A DNA stretch of 64,000 bases from IMG/VR virus record IMGVR_UViG_2795385551_000010, positions 1-64,000 of that record. One strand, given 5' to 3'. Position numbers and translations under genes: made by a program. The DNA is from a virus (lineage: Duplodnaviria > Caudoviricetes). A model generated the notes under the pieces. That model ran no database searches. It saw only the letters and a list, made by a program, of their open reading frames with translations, and was not told the origin of the DNA. This document shows positions 47,635-58,025 of this stretch, one piece after another (the first letter of the stretch is position 1; every line of letters starts with the position of its first letter).

Positions 47635-50600
47635 TTATCGCATAGGCAAGATAGGTGCCTGCTGCTGCGCATCCCGGCGCTGCTGACCCTTATAGAACTC
47701 GTCGTAATTCGCCGTGTGGATATCGCCGTAGTTATTCACCACAGCCGGACCACCACCGCTGCCCGAAGACTGCGGAGGACCAGGCAACACCGGGGCACCG
47801 TAAGCGCCCTGCGTAGTTCCCTGCGTCAACGTTCCAACCATCAAGCTCGACAAGATATTGGCCGCACCAGACGCCACCTGGCCCGCAATCTGCGCACCAG
47901 CCGCCGCCGCCGAACCAGCCGCGCTACCAGCCGCACCACCCGCACCGAATGAACCGGCCGACGCCGCAGCCGAAATGGCCATCGACATAGCAGACCCAAT
48001 GGTCGACGCCGCACCCTGAATGCCCTTAGACAACCAAGGCGCGTTGTGATCCTGATTGGTAGGAGCCGCCCCGAGAATCGAACGCGGATCTTGCTCCGGC
48101 GTAGCACCTTCCGGAGCATCCGCACCCGGTGAAGCACCACCACCGCCGCCCTGCAACGCCGAACCAATGCCGGACATCGCATCGCCAACCGACTTCATTG
48201 CCGTATCCGTCTGCGGAGTGGTCCCCGACGACTGAGCGGCAATCTGCGAATCCGTCTGGCTCTGCGCTTGCGCCTGTGACGACTGCTGCGCTTGCTGAGC
48301 TTGCGCCCCGGCCGGATCAGGCATCGGCTGCTGCGTCTGCGGAGCCGGTGCCGTAAACCCTGGAATCAGGATCGGCCCGCCCTCGTCAAACCCAGGCAAC
48401 CTGCCTTCATTGATCGCATGCATAAGGCCAGTTCCGTACTTAGACACCGATTTTGCCTTAACGATGTACTCACCGTTAGACACCCGAGCCAGCATCGAAT
48501 CCGACGTACCCGTGCCCGCACCAGCCAACAAACCGCCCGACGCATAACCATTCGGGAAGTAAGCCCAGTTCGTAAACTGCGAGCTGCTGTACCCAGATGC
48601 CCCAGCGCCCAACGCAATTGGCTTGCCCTCGGTCGACGCCTCAAAGTTCCGGCCATCCGGCAACGTGCCCGCCGTATGCGAACCATTCCAACCGATACGC
48701 AAGGTGCCCGCTGGCGCTTCGCCCGGCGAATTGATCAGAACAGCGCCCTTGGCCTGCAAGGTCGAAGCCTCGGTGCCAGTACCGCCAGAGCGGCCCGAGA
48801 ACTGCTTACCGTTCCACGCATCAGCGATGTACATGACAAGCCCGGAACAGTCAGTGCCGTCCAAGCTTCCGCCGCCCCACACATAAGGCTTACCGGCCAT
48901 CGACTCAGCCATTTGCGTAGCACGCGCAGCGGCCGGAGAAACGTTCCCCGGCAACCCAATCGTGCCCGTCAAAGCTGACTGACTAGTCGGCAACGGATTC
49001 TGATACCCGTCCGTAAGCGCAGCCACCTCAGGATCGGCCGGTTGTCCAAGAATCGACTTACCCAAACCGCCCAAGCCCGACCGGAAAGCATTCAGATAGG
49101 ACAAGTCCAACCCGAAGAAACCAGCAATCGCCTGAACCAGAATCGAACCGATCTGCTCCAAAATCCCTAGCGGCTGAATGTTCTTAGGCAGCACCTTGCC
49201 GCCGATAGCGACCTGCCCGTTCTGGGCCAAGAGGCCAGTAGCGGCTTGCTGCTGCGGAACCTCATTAGCAGGCCCCGGCAACTGCGACAGTTGGTTACCA
49301 CCAGGCATCGCAATACCCATGCCATGCCGCGTCTCAACGACCGTAGGAACAGGCGGAACGTTCGACCCGCTCGTCTGCCCCTTATCGCCCAAACCGTCCG
49401 GCAGAGGCGAATACGTGCCCTTAGCCGGGTCATACAGACCAGGGTTAGACATATCCGGAAGCGGCTTAGCCGGTGCCGGGGCGGGCGGAACAAACCTGTA
49501 GTCATCGCGAGGTTTCGGAGGTGCCGTCACGATGTGCGGGCCAACCTCACCGCCCTGATCGAATCGAGGTAGTTTGCCCTCATTGATCGCGTGCATCAAG
49601 CTCGACCCGTACTTGGAAACCGACGCCGCCTTAATGACAAACTCGCCATTAGAGACGCGCGCCAACATCGAATCCGACGTGCCAGTACCCGGCCCCGACA
49701 ACAGACCACCGTCCGCGCGCTGCGGAACACCCACAGCCCATTTCTGGAACTGATCTTGCGACAACCGCAGCTCGACGCCACCACCCGCAAGAGGCGTAGC
49801 GCTAATGAACTGATCCTTTAAAGCCTCCGGAATAGACGCTGCTGGAATACCCAGATCAACAACACCGCCATTACCCGACGGATCGGGATATGCCTTAGTG
49901 ACGTTGTACGGCGCGAACGGATTGCCCTGCTTAAGGCCAATAGCGCCAGCACCACCGGCAGCATTGTTCTTAAGCAATTCAGACTGCACATCAGCCGACG
50001 TGCCCACGTCATGACGAACAGCACCCGCTACCTGTGAGGACGCAATAGCCTGATCACCCAAGCCAGGCAACATTGTCTTACCGAGCCGCGACGCGCCCTG
50101 CTGAATATCAGCCAGCGTGTACGACTCAGGATGCAACGACGTAGGCCCGCCACCCGGAATCTGACCGGCAGCCCGAGCGGCATTGAACTTGTCAATAGCT
50201 TTCTGGTCACCACCAAGAGCCTTTGCAAGAACATCAGACGTAATGCCGATCTTCTCGTAAGCCTCGTGGTTTTTCTTCCAGTATTCCGATTCTGTAAGAG
50301 CGCTCTCGGTGATCTTGTCCAATCGACCAAGCTCAGCATTACGCGCATCAACCTGGTTAGGCGTAAACAACTGCCCCAACTTAGTGCGGTTAATACCGAC
50401 CTTCTCGGCCTGCGCATTAATGTTGATTCCATCGCCACGACTACCCGAGTCCTGCTTGTAGTCGCCCATCGCATTCAGCTTGTCAATCAAGCCCTGCTGC
50501 GTAAGCTCACCCGAAAGGGCAGTCAGCTCAGTGCGCAACCGCCGAATCTCATCCGCATGACGAGCAGTCTTAGTAGCCGCATCGTCCTGCTTCTGCGCCA

Positions 50601-52539
50601 ACGTGTACAACACGCCACCAGCCGCAACAGCCGCAGCCGCAAGAATCCCGCCAGCACCTAACACACCCGAAAGGGCACGCAACTTGCCGGTGAAACCCTC
50701 ACCCTCGCCAACAGCCTTCGCAACACTCTTGAAGTCCAAATCAATGACGCCGAGCATCGTGTTAAGGCCCTGGAAAACCGGGCTAAGCGTCTTCCACCCA
50801 AGAATCGCGTAAGTAATCGCCGCCGCCAAACCAGGAACACCCGCCAAAAGCTGCGTAAACGTACGCAACACCGGCAAAACAGTCCCAGCCCAAGCCTCAA
50901 AACCAGTCTTAACATTGCGGATCATTCCCCACACATCGCTAAGGACCGGCTTCCAATGCTCCAATTCATTACGGGCATCTAGAAAGAACTTCTTAAGTTT
51001 CTCCTGACCCTCCGCAGACTTAAGGAATTCGGACAAACGTTTAGTGCCAGACTCCAAATGTGACAACAAACCCTTGCCGCCAGTCCCGACAAACGCCTCA
51101 CTAATCGTGTTCAAGATAGAACCGATATTGATAAGCGAATTGCCAAGATCCTTCATTGCCTGCATGCCGCGTTTAATCCAACGATCCAGCGACCCATCCT
51201 TAGCGGAACGGTTCGTGAAAGCCTCAAACCGGCGCATCACATCGCCAAACGCCGTCGACAACTGCGGAAGGAAACGACTACCAACAGCCGCCAACTGCAT
51301 AAACCCGTCAATCATCGGCTTAATCGCGCCGTCTAGACGCTTCTGCGCCTCGGCGGTATTACCGAAAATCGACTCGAAAGCATTGACGTTCTTGCCCTGC
51401 TTAAGCGACCCCATGGCCGTTTTCAGATTCGAGTTAATAGCCGACGCAATGCCCGTCAGACCGCGCTCAAGTACCGGCAGCCCGACCTCACCGAGCTGCT
51501 TAACCTCGTCACCCAGGCCCGCGAACAGGCCATCTTGGATCGACTCGCGGACCTTCGTCCACGCCCCCGACATACCCGTCAGCGTGTTGACGAACTCCCG
51601 AGCCTGCGGAGACAGGCGACCCATCGCCTGCTCCCACTCCTTAAGGGCACCCGACGATTTGCCGGCGTTTTCGGTAGCCGTAGACAATCGATCCATCGCC
51701 GCAACAACCGAGTCATTTCCCTTGACGCCCTTGCGGTTTGCCTCCGCTACGTCCTCGGACAGCCGAACGTTGCGCCGACGAGTCTCCGCAAGGCGCGACT
51801 CAGACTTGAGCACAGCGAGGTTGTCCCGCTGCATCTCAAGCCCGGTCTTGCCCCACGTCTTCGCCTGCTCAGCGCGAGCCTCCTGGACGTTCATCACGGC
51901 CTCGGCCTCGTCTAGAGGCGCGTCCCGCAACTGCGCGTTCAAGTCCTCCAAATTGCGCTTGGCGTCTTTGACAGCCGTGTTCAACTGCCGGGTCGCATCA
52001 GCCACATTCCGGTTCGCCTGCACCTGCTGACGGGCAGCATCCGCAGAATCCTTTTGAACCGCCGAATACGCCTTGAACGCATCCGTGACACCGCGCGTAC
52101 CGATGACCACCGCACCGACGCTCGACGCGACACCCGCGAAAATGCCTGGCAACAACAACGCCGACTGCGACAATTCGACAATCGACGTGTTCAACGCCGC
52201 CATCGCAACACCAGCCTGGTTCAACTGGGCGGCACCAGCCACCATAATGTTGACCTTTAGGCCCTTAAGCATCTCCGTCTTTAGATCCTGATAGACATGC
52301 CGGATCTCAGTCAGAGGCTTCTTCTTGTCGTAATTGATCTTTACCTGTAGATCGAACGGACGACTTTCCGCCAGCTTCCTAGCGGCCTCAATTTCCGCCA
52401 ATGCCTTAGCCGTCTGAGCCTTAACCTCAACATCAACCGACTGCTCAACAGTCTTAAGCTGCGCACGCAGCCGAGACCGGAAGTCTTTCAACGATGGGAT
52501 AATGTGCACGGACGCCTGCGCGGCAACAAATTCAGCCAC
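47635..52539 (-). CDS. Tape measure protein with NlpC/P60-like domain
   Basis: 1634 aa, Ala/Gly-rich helical; YVWGG...DCSGL...HTA. Confidence 0.95.
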   Translation of the reverse strand: MAEFVAAQASVHIIPSLKDFRSRLRAQLKTVEQSVDVEVKAQTAKALAEIEAARKLAESRPFDLQVKINYDKKKPLTEIRHVYQDLKTEMLKGLKVNIMVAGAAQLNQAGVAMAALNTSIVELSQSALLLPGIFAGVASSVGAVVIGTRGVTDAFKAYSAVQKDSADAARQQVQANRNVADATRQLNTAVKDAKRNLEDLNAQLRDAPLDEAEAVMNVQEARAEQAKTWGKTGLEMQRDNLAVLKSESRLAETRRRNVRLSEDVAEANRKGVKGNDSVVAAMDRLSTATENAGKSSGALKEWEQAMGRLSPQAREFVNTLTGMSGAWTKVRESIQDGLFAGLGDEVKQLGEVGLPVLERGLTGIASAINSNLKTAMGSLKQGKNVNAFESIFGNTAEAQKRLDGAIKPMIDGFMQLAAVGSRFLPQLSTAFGDVMRRFEAFTNRSAKDGSLDRWIKRGMQAMKDLGNSLINIGSILNTISEAFVGTGGKGLLSHLESGTKRLSEFLKSAEGQEKLKKFFLDARNELEHWKPVLSDVWGMIRNVKTGFEAWAGTVLPVLRTFTQLLAGVPGLAAAITYAILGWKTLSPVFQGLNTMLGVIDLDFKSVAKAVGEGEGFTGKLRALSGVLGAGGILAAAAVAAGGVLYTLAQKQDDAATKTARHADEIRRLRTELTALSGELTQQGLIDKLNAMGDYKQDSGSRGDGININAQAEKVGINRTKLGQLFTPNQVDARNAELGRLDKITESALTESEYWKKNHEAYEKIGITSDVLAKALGGDQKAIDKFNAARAAGQIPGGGPTSLHPESYTLADIQQGASRLGKTMLPGLGDQAIASSQVAGAVRHDVGTSADVQSELLKNNAAGGAGAIGLKQGNPFAPYNVTKAYPDPSGNGGVVDLGIPAASIPEALKDQFISATPLAGGGVELRLSQDQFQKWAVGVPQRADGGLLSGPGTGTSDSMLARVSNGEFVIKAASVSKYGSSLMHAINEGKLPRFDQGGEVGPHIVTAPPKPRDDYRFVPPAPAPAKPLPDMSNPGLYDPAKGTYSPLPDGLGDKGQTSGSNVPPVPTVVETRHGMGIAMPGGNQLSQLPGPANEVPQQQAATGLLAQNGQVAIGGKVLPKNIQPLGILEQIGSILVQAIAGFFGLDLSYLNAFRSGLGGLGKSILGQPADPEVAALTDGYQNPLPTSQSALTGTIGLPGNVSPAAARATQMAESMAGKPYVWGGGSLDGTDCSGLVMYIADAWNGKQFSGRSGGTGTEASTLQAKGAVLINSPGEAPAGTLRIGWNGSHTAGTLPDGRNFEASTEGKPIALGAGASGYSSSQFTNWAYFPNGYASGGLLAGAGTGTSDSMLARVSNGEYIVKAKSVSKYGTGLMHAINEGRLPGFDEGGPILIPGFTAPAPQTQQPMPDPAGAQAQQAQQSSQAQAQSQTDSQIAAQSSGTTPQTDTAMKSVGDAMSGIGSALQGGGGGASPGADAPEGATPEQDPRSILGAAPTNQDHNAPWLSKGIQGAASTIGSAMSMAISAAASAGSFGAGGAAGSAAGSAAAAGAQIAGQVASGAANILSSLMVGTLTQGTTQGAYGAPVLPGPPQSSGSGGGPAVVNNYGDIHTANYDEFYKGQQRRDAQQQAPILPMR

Positions 52540-52559
52540 AATCAGCCCCCAATATTAAG

Positions 52560-53075
52560 TTATAGGTAATTCCATTCAGCGGCCTTCTGACCACGCGCAA
52601 GCGCAGCCTCAATACCGCTTTCCTGCTTAGCCGCTTTTCGCTTCTTACGTTCTTTCTCGGCCGGAATAACCGGACGCGGGTAGAACTTCACCTTGTCGTC
52701 ACGAGCCCTACTCGCAATCAACTGGTCAGCGATATTCGTCAAAGCATCAATCTCGGCAGTCCACCCAAACAACGGGGGTGCCTTAAACTCCCACTCGGAA
52801 TCCGGAGCGGAAGCCTGCAATTCGATCACGTCAGGATCAGTCAACGCCGCCGACTGGCAATACGAGCCACGCACAGAGCTGCACGTCTCATAGAAGCGAA
52901 TAAACTGATCCCAGTCACGCCGAGACGCAAAATCAGGCTTACTAGCCCGACACTGCACACAACGGCACGGAGCCGCAAAGTAGTCCAAAGCATTGACGCC
53001 GAGTAGGGATTGAAAGTCCCACTCGATAGCGCGCCAATACTTCCCAACCAACTCAGCGACAATAACTATTTTCCC
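52560..53075 (-). CDS. Tail assembly chaperone, -1 frameshift extension
   Basis: GGGAAAA at 53075..53069; -1 frame reads GKIVIVAELVGKYW. Confidence 0.88.
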   Translation of the reverse strand, partial: GKIVIVAELVGKYWRAIEWDFQSLLGVNALDYFAAPCRCVQCRASKPDFASRRDWDQFIRFYETCSSVRGSYCQSAALTDPDVIELQASAPDSEWEFKAPPLFGWTAEIDALTNIADQLIASRARDDKVKFYPRPVIPAEKERKKRKAAKQESGIEAALARGQKAAEWNYL

Positions 53076-53389
53076 GCTTTACCGTCACCAAAGAAATGCT
53101 CATTGTACTTTTCCATGAACTTGTTCCACACCTGAACAGGCTTATCGTTAAACAGCTTCATGGCCTTGTCGTAGTCCTTGCCAAAGATGATCTTTTGTGC
53201 CTCATCCTCGGTAACCGCCTTCAGCAGATCGGACACCTGAGTCTTAGTTGGGCACTCAAGAACAATGTCCTTAGTCAGCGGCAGCGGATCAGGAACACGC
53301 ACCTCCGCGACAAGCTCAGCGAAAAAGTCACTAACCGCATCCTCGACAACCTTCAAATCGGCGTCAGAGACAGAGCGACGAGTAGTCAT
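53066..53389 (-). CDS. Tail assembly chaperone
   Basis: Between major tail gene and TMP; ends GGA AAA TAG. Confidence 0.9.
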   Translation of the reverse strand: MTTRRSVSDADLKVVEDAVSDFFAELVAEVRVPDPLPLTKDIVLECPTKTQVSDLLKAVTEDEAQKIIFGKDYDKAMKLFNDKPVQVWNKFMEKYNEHFFGDGKAGK

Positions 53390-53472
53390 TATTGGTTTCC
53401 CCCTATAGATACTTATAAATGTGTATAAAGAAAGGGGGGAGCAACCCGCTAAGGTCACTCCCCCCATCCCCC

Positions 53473-54369
53473 TTAGGTAACGGTGACAGACACAGTGGCC
53501 GTCTTATTACCCTTCGACGCCGTGATGGTTGCCGCACCAGCCGCAACACCCGTCACCAAGCCCGTAGCCGAAACAGACGCCTTGGTAGGCGCAGACGACA
53601 CGAACTTGCAATCAGGCGTGTAGTTGATTCCGTTATCGCCCTGAACCATCAACTGCACCGTGTGCGTAGCACCGGCCGCGACCGTCAAAGCAGGCGACGC
53701 AGGAGAGGCCGTCAACGTAGTCAATGAAGCGGCAAAGCCAGCCTTATCGACAATCGTCCGCCAGCCCGGACCCGCAAAGCCCTGAGCAACCGAGTAACCA
53801 ACCGTGTCATCACGGAAAGCCTTCAACGTGGGCTTGTACTCAATCACGTTATCGTCATTGAGCGTCTGGTTATCCAGCTTATCCAGCTTCACCTTAGGCA
53901 ACAGCCAGTAGCACCAAAGCTCCTCGTTATTCCGGTCATCCAAACCACACAGAATTGCGCGGTAGTAGATGTTTTTCGGAACCTTAGGAGCCTCCAAAAC
54001 CACACCACCGAAGGGTGACGGCTGAACATCAGAGAAATCCTGAGTCCAGATCAGGCCCAAAACATCGCGATGGTTCTGGAACATCGAGAAATCGAACGTA
54101 GTCGTACGCTTAGAAATGATCGACCGAATAGGATCAGGCTCGCCGTACGCCTCAATATCCTTAGAATCGAACTCGTTACCAAGCGTCAGACCGGCCTTCT
54201 TCTCGAAATGCCCAACAGACTTGTAACCGGCAGGGATCGACAGCGAACCGTCCGACGGATCTTCCAGCGTAAGAGCCGGAGTCGTAGAGTACGGAGCAAG
54301 GAACACCGCCAAGTTAAGAGGCGCAATAGCCAAATCGGCCTGCGCATCCTTCAACGTGTAAAAATCCAT
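53473..54369 (-). CDS. Major tail protein with C-terminal Ig-like domain
   Basis: Synteny; ASVSATGLVTGVAAGAATITAS. Confidence 0.92.
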   Translation of the reverse strand: MDFYTLKDAQADLAIAPLNLAVFLAPYSTTPALTLEDPSDGSLSIPAGYKSVGHFEKKAGLTLGNEFDSKDIEAYGEPDPIRSIISKRTTTFDFSMFQNHRDVLGLIWTQDFSDVQPSPFGGVVLEAPKVPKNIYYRAILCGLDDRNNEELWCYWLLPKVKLDKLDNQTLNDDNVIEYKPTLKAFRDDTVGYSVAQGFAGPGWRTIVDKAGFAASLTTLTASPASPALTVAAGATHTVQLMVQGDNGINYTPDCKFVSSAPTKASVSATGLVTGVAAGAATITASKGNKTATVSVTVT

Positions 54370-54409
54370 ATTAAGTTTTGCTTCCCTTATTTAGTTATAA
54401 TGCCGCTGA

Positions 54410-54886
54410 TTACAGGGCAGCGACTTCCCCCAGATAGTTATTGCGCGAACGCAAACCAACACTCACCTTGAACTGGCAATTGACCACGCGCGTATCCAAC
54501 TGCTGATTAGGCATCAACAACTGCGGCCCCAGAACCTCTTCGACCGTGTGAATCTGCGCCGTAAACCCGTCAGCCATCGTGAACTTGTAGCCCTGCATAG
54601 GCAGAAGCACAGCCCGAACAACCGACATAACATCCCACGACGTATCACGCGAATTAGTTACCGCCGTCGCCTGAATGAAACACTCATCAAAACAACGCTG
54701 CCAATCAACCCTGCCACCCGGCATCCGAATAAACTTCAACACCGGATCAGGGTGAGTCTGGTCAAGCCAGTCATCAGGAGTCCAACACCCCGACTCAATA
54801 TCGGGAAACACCTTAGTGAAAATGTCGATCATCAAGTTTTCGACATTGACAAAGTTATTGTTGAACCAAGCGGGGAGCGTAACCAT
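54410..54886 (-). CDS. Tail terminator
   Basis: Synteny; LPAWF...NVE. Confidence 0.75.
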   Translation of the reverse strand: MVTLPAWFNNNFVNVENLMIDIFTKVFPDIESGCWTPDDWLDQTHPDPVLKFIRMPGGRVDWQRCFDECFIQATAVTNSRDTSWDVMSVVRAVLLPMQGYKFTMADGFTAQIHTVEEVLGPQLLMPNQQLDTRVVNCQFKVSVGLRSRNNYLGEVAAL

Positions 54887-54900
54887 ACAACCCCCGTTTC

Positions 54901-55296
54901 TTACAGCCTAAGCGAAAGAGTCGCTTCCCGTAGATCGTTATGAGCCTGGAACTGTTCCTTGGTAGGCGAACCGAAGTTATGTAGAGCGCCGTAATAGAAA
55001 GGCATGCCCTTCCACGTCTTAGCGGCCAACTCGCCACCAACCGTCACCACGCAACCAAGGCGATCAGCCTTATGCCCCATATTGGGGCGCACCTCAACAC
55101 CACCGGAGCGCGACAGGTCCCCCGTACGCTTAGCGACTTTCGCCGCATACAAACGCACCACCTCAACACCGATATGACTTAGGTATCCACCAAGGACAGG
55201 AGAGGTATTAGCCCACTTAGCCATGTCCGCGTTGTATGCCGGAATATCGATATCATCGAGAAGAAACCCGCCGCCCGGCCCGAGCTTGCCACCCAT
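54901..55296 (-). CDS. Head-tail connector protein
   Basis: VAKRTGDLSRS...YGALHNFG. Confidence 0.7.
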   Translation of the reverse strand: MGGKLGPGGGFLLDDIDIPAYNADMAKWANTSPVLGGYLSHIGVEVVRLYAAKVAKRTGDLSRSGGVEVRPNMGHKADRLGCVVTVGGELAAKTWKGMPFYYGALHNFGSPTKEQFQAHNDLREATLSLRL

Positions 55297-55305
55297 GCCG
55301 CCCCC

Positions 55306-55686
55306 TTAGCCGTTAGTCGACGTGAGCTGATAAACAACGTCCTCATCTAAGAACGTGTCACCGCCGAAAGGCTCCGGCTCATCCCACATCACAGGCCCAA
55401 CGACGAATGCCTGGCCGTTGGCCCGCACGAGACGGTCACGAACCTTTACATCCGTGCCCTTACGCACAAACAATGTGGCCGAAATAGAGAACGATTCCCC
55501 ATGCGCGTCCGCTACCGCGTTCTGCGTATTCTGGAAATTCGGTCCCCGACTCGACCCCCAACCAATCAAACCTTGAATAGTTCCATAAGGTGTATCCCGG
55601 CCATTAGGATTACCGTACTTATCCGTCTTGCCGCGATATACGGTAAGAGTCTCAGAAATGGTACGAATCCTCCCAGCCCGGTTCAT
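55306..55686 (-). CDS. Head-to-tail stopper
   Basis: ETLTVYRG..DKYGNP...DVKVRDRL; start ATG 55686 or ATT 55659. Confidence 0.75.
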   Translation of the reverse strand: MNRAGRIRTISETLTVYRGKTDKYGNPNGRDTPYGTIQGLIGWGSSRGPNFQNTQNAVADAHGESFSISATLFVRKGTDVKVRDRLVRANGQAFVVGPVMWDEPEPFGGDTFLDEDVVYQLTSTNG

Positions 55687-56128
55687 CGCGACGGTAATAC
55701 GGAATAGGATCACCACCCGATCCATCCTCCAAGAAACCGTCCTTGCCGAACGCAAACGGATCAATAGTTGTATCCGAACGTCCGAACTGCACCGTGAACA
55801 AACCACCCCCGCCACGGTAACGACGCAAAATAGCCAATTCGGCAGGCAGAAAAGCGCCGTCCGGCAGCCTCCCATAGGAAACCGAGAACGGACCCTTAGC
55901 CTTAGACACAGCCCTATCCGGGTTTCGCAGCTCGCGCTTAGCGGCCGACAGAACCACCCACGGAACATCCTCGGGGACGGACGCGGGGTCCGGCCATGAC
56001 TGACCGGAATACCCCCGCGCCCACGCAGACACCATGTTCAAAACCAGCTCAGCTTGCGCACGCTGATCCTGAGTGAATGTCACCCCCATCAAGGTTTGCA
56101 GGTCATCAACAGACGCCAATGCACCCAC
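55652..56128 (-). CDS. Head-to-tail adaptor
   Basis: LASVDDL...RELRNP...GPFS...ELAIL. Confidence 0.85.
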   Translation of the reverse strand: MGALASVDDLQTLMGVTFTQDQRAQAELVLNMVSAWARGYSGQSWPDPASVPEDVPWVVLSAAKRELRNPDRAVSKAKGPFSVSYGRLPDGAFLPAELAILRRYRGGGGLFTVQFGRSDTTIDPFAFGKDGFLEDGSGGDPIPYYRRDEPGWEDSYHF

Positions 56129-56140
56129 AAGAAACCCCGC

Positions 56141-57325
56141 TTAGACCACAGTCACCGTCGTGGTGGCCGTCACAGCGGCACCACCCTGCGGTGGGTTGTA
56201 AGAAGCGGTGATCACAGACGTACCCGAAGCGACACCCGTCACCAGGCCACCACCGGCACCAGGACCAGCACCCACGGTCGCCTTAGCCGGAGTGCCCGAC
56301 ACGAACGTGCTCTTGGCCGTCACATCAACGCCGTTGCTATCCAGCACCTTCAACTGCACGGTCTGGTTAGGACCGGCCGCAGCCGTCACAGTCGCCGTCT
56401 GGTTAGGCAACGAAATACCCGAAGCCGACAAACGCAACTTCACGCCACGCACGAACCGGCCGTCACGCTCCAAAACCACACGCGAACCGACATACGTGTC
56501 CAGCAACGACCGATCGGTCAAATTCTGGAAATCGTAATCAGCCAACCAGCGGAAAGCCGCATTAGAAGCCGCGTACGTCCCGTAAGCGTTAATGGCAGTA
56601 GAGAATGGCTTCTTAGGCGCACGGTTAATGTAGATGAATGCGTTACGCTGCCACTCGAAAGCCTCATCAGGCTTCAAAGCATTAGAACGCAACACCGGCA
56701 GACCGGCCACATTACCGATGGTCGCCTGACGCAAAGCATCGGCCTGATCAGCACCCGTCGCGTCGTAACGCCGGAACTGCGGATCTTTCAGCAACGCAGA
56801 CTCGACAGCCGAACCAACGATCATAACGCGGTCGTTGTACTCGACATTCTCGTCATTCAACGCACGCCGAGCGTCAACGAACGCCGGGAACGTATCAGAC
56901 GGATTGATCCAGAACGTCTGCTGATAAGGCGCGCTCGAAATCAAGTTGTACAGGTAGTTCTCAATACCGTAAGCGACACCGCCGACCTGCGGAACAATAA
57001 CCTGCTCAATGAAGTCCTTGATATCCAAGGTCAACTGCTCATCGGTCAACGACACAGCGTTGTAGATGACGTTATCTAGCGTCACCGGGAAGCTGGTCTC
57101 AACCAGGTCATCCATCACGACATTTCGAGACGCACCCGTTCCACGGAACTGACGGGTACGCGAATCCATGACCGCACCGACGCGAACGTTAATGGTGTCA
57201 TTAGCAGAACCACCGAAATCACCCAACGCGCTGGTAAGCACGTAATTAGGCAGAACAATCTGCCGACGCAAAACCTTAACGGCGGTCTCAACGACCAGCG
57301 ACGGCTTGATAAAGATGTGAGACAA
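56141..57325 (-). CDS. Major capsid protein with C-terminal Ig-like domain
   Basis: Follows scaffold gene; GSANDTINVRV; LVTGVASGTSVITAS; TTG start after an SD. Confidence 0.9.
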   Translation of the reverse strand: MSHIFIKPSLVVETAVKVLRRQIVLPNYVLTSALGDFGGSANDTINVRVGAVMDSRTRQFRGTGASRNVVMDDLVETSFPVTLDNVIYNAVSLTDEQLTLDIKDFIEQVIVPQVGGVAYGIENYLYNLISSAPYQQTFWINPSDTFPAFVDARRALNDENVEYNDRVMIVGSAVESALLKDPQFRRYDATGADQADALRQATIGNVAGLPVLRSNALKPDEAFEWQRNAFIYINRAPKKPFSTAINAYGTYAASNAAFRWLADYDFQNLTDRSLLDTYVGSRVVLERDGRFVRGVKLRLSASGISLPNQTATVTAAAGPNQTVQLKVLDSNGVDVTAKSTFVSGTPAKATVGAGPGAGGGLVTGVASGTSVITASYNPPQGGAAVTATTTVTVV

Positions 57326-57361
57326 AAGTCTCCCCCTATTCAATATTTAGTTGTTTAACAA

Positions 57362-57967
57362 TTAGTACGATGGGAAATTAGAAAAAGAAATCTGCTTCAA
57401 CAAATCATCAGCAGTAATATCGCCAGGATCAGGAAGCTCACCAGTAGGCGCAACAGGCGTCCGAGTCGGACCCTGCGGAAAACCACCAGGCGACTTAGGC
57501 TCCGGGATAACGCCCTTAAGGGCCTCGATATCAGCAATAATTTCCTCGTCCGAGTCCCCCCGAACACGATCCCAAAGTGCACGCGGCAAGCCATGCTCCT
57601 GCGCCAGGTCAAATACCTGACGGTCCCGCTGCAACTTGGTCAGTTCACCGGCCCTTTCAGACGCCAATTTCTCTGCGTCCTCTAGCCGTTTCTGTAGCTT
57701 CTCCGATTCCGACAGCTTCTCGGTCTCAAAAGCCGCGATCTTGTCCTCAAGGGACTTAATCGTTTCACCATACTTTTTGGCACTCACCTTATCGGCGCGT
57801 TCCAACCGCTTCGTCAAGATAGCGTCGAGAGCATCCTGCGACGTAATGGCTTTGAACTCGTTACCACCGCTTTCAGACCCCGATCGGCTGCCTGAACCCT
57901 CAGCATTATCATTAGCTTCGCTAGTGGCGACTCCACCATCCGTAGTAGTCACATCAATATCACTCAT
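57362..57967 (-). CDS. Scaffolding protein
   Basis: TSQDALDAILTKRLER...LSESEK...GDSDEEI.AD. Confidence 0.88.
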   Translation of the reverse strand: MSDIDVTTTDGGVATSEANDNAEGSGSRSGSESGGNEFKAITSQDALDAILTKRLERADKVSAKKYGETIKSLEDKIAAFETEKLSESEKLQKRLEDAEKLASERAGELTKLQRDRQVFDLAQEHGLPRALWDRVRGDSDEEIIADIEALKGVIPEPKSPGGFPQGPTRTPVAPTGELPDPGDITADDLLKQISFSNFPSY

Positions 57968-58025
57968 TAAAGAAATTCCCCCACAAAACAACCGGCCAAT
58001 ATACGAGCGTGGCCGTAACGCCCCC

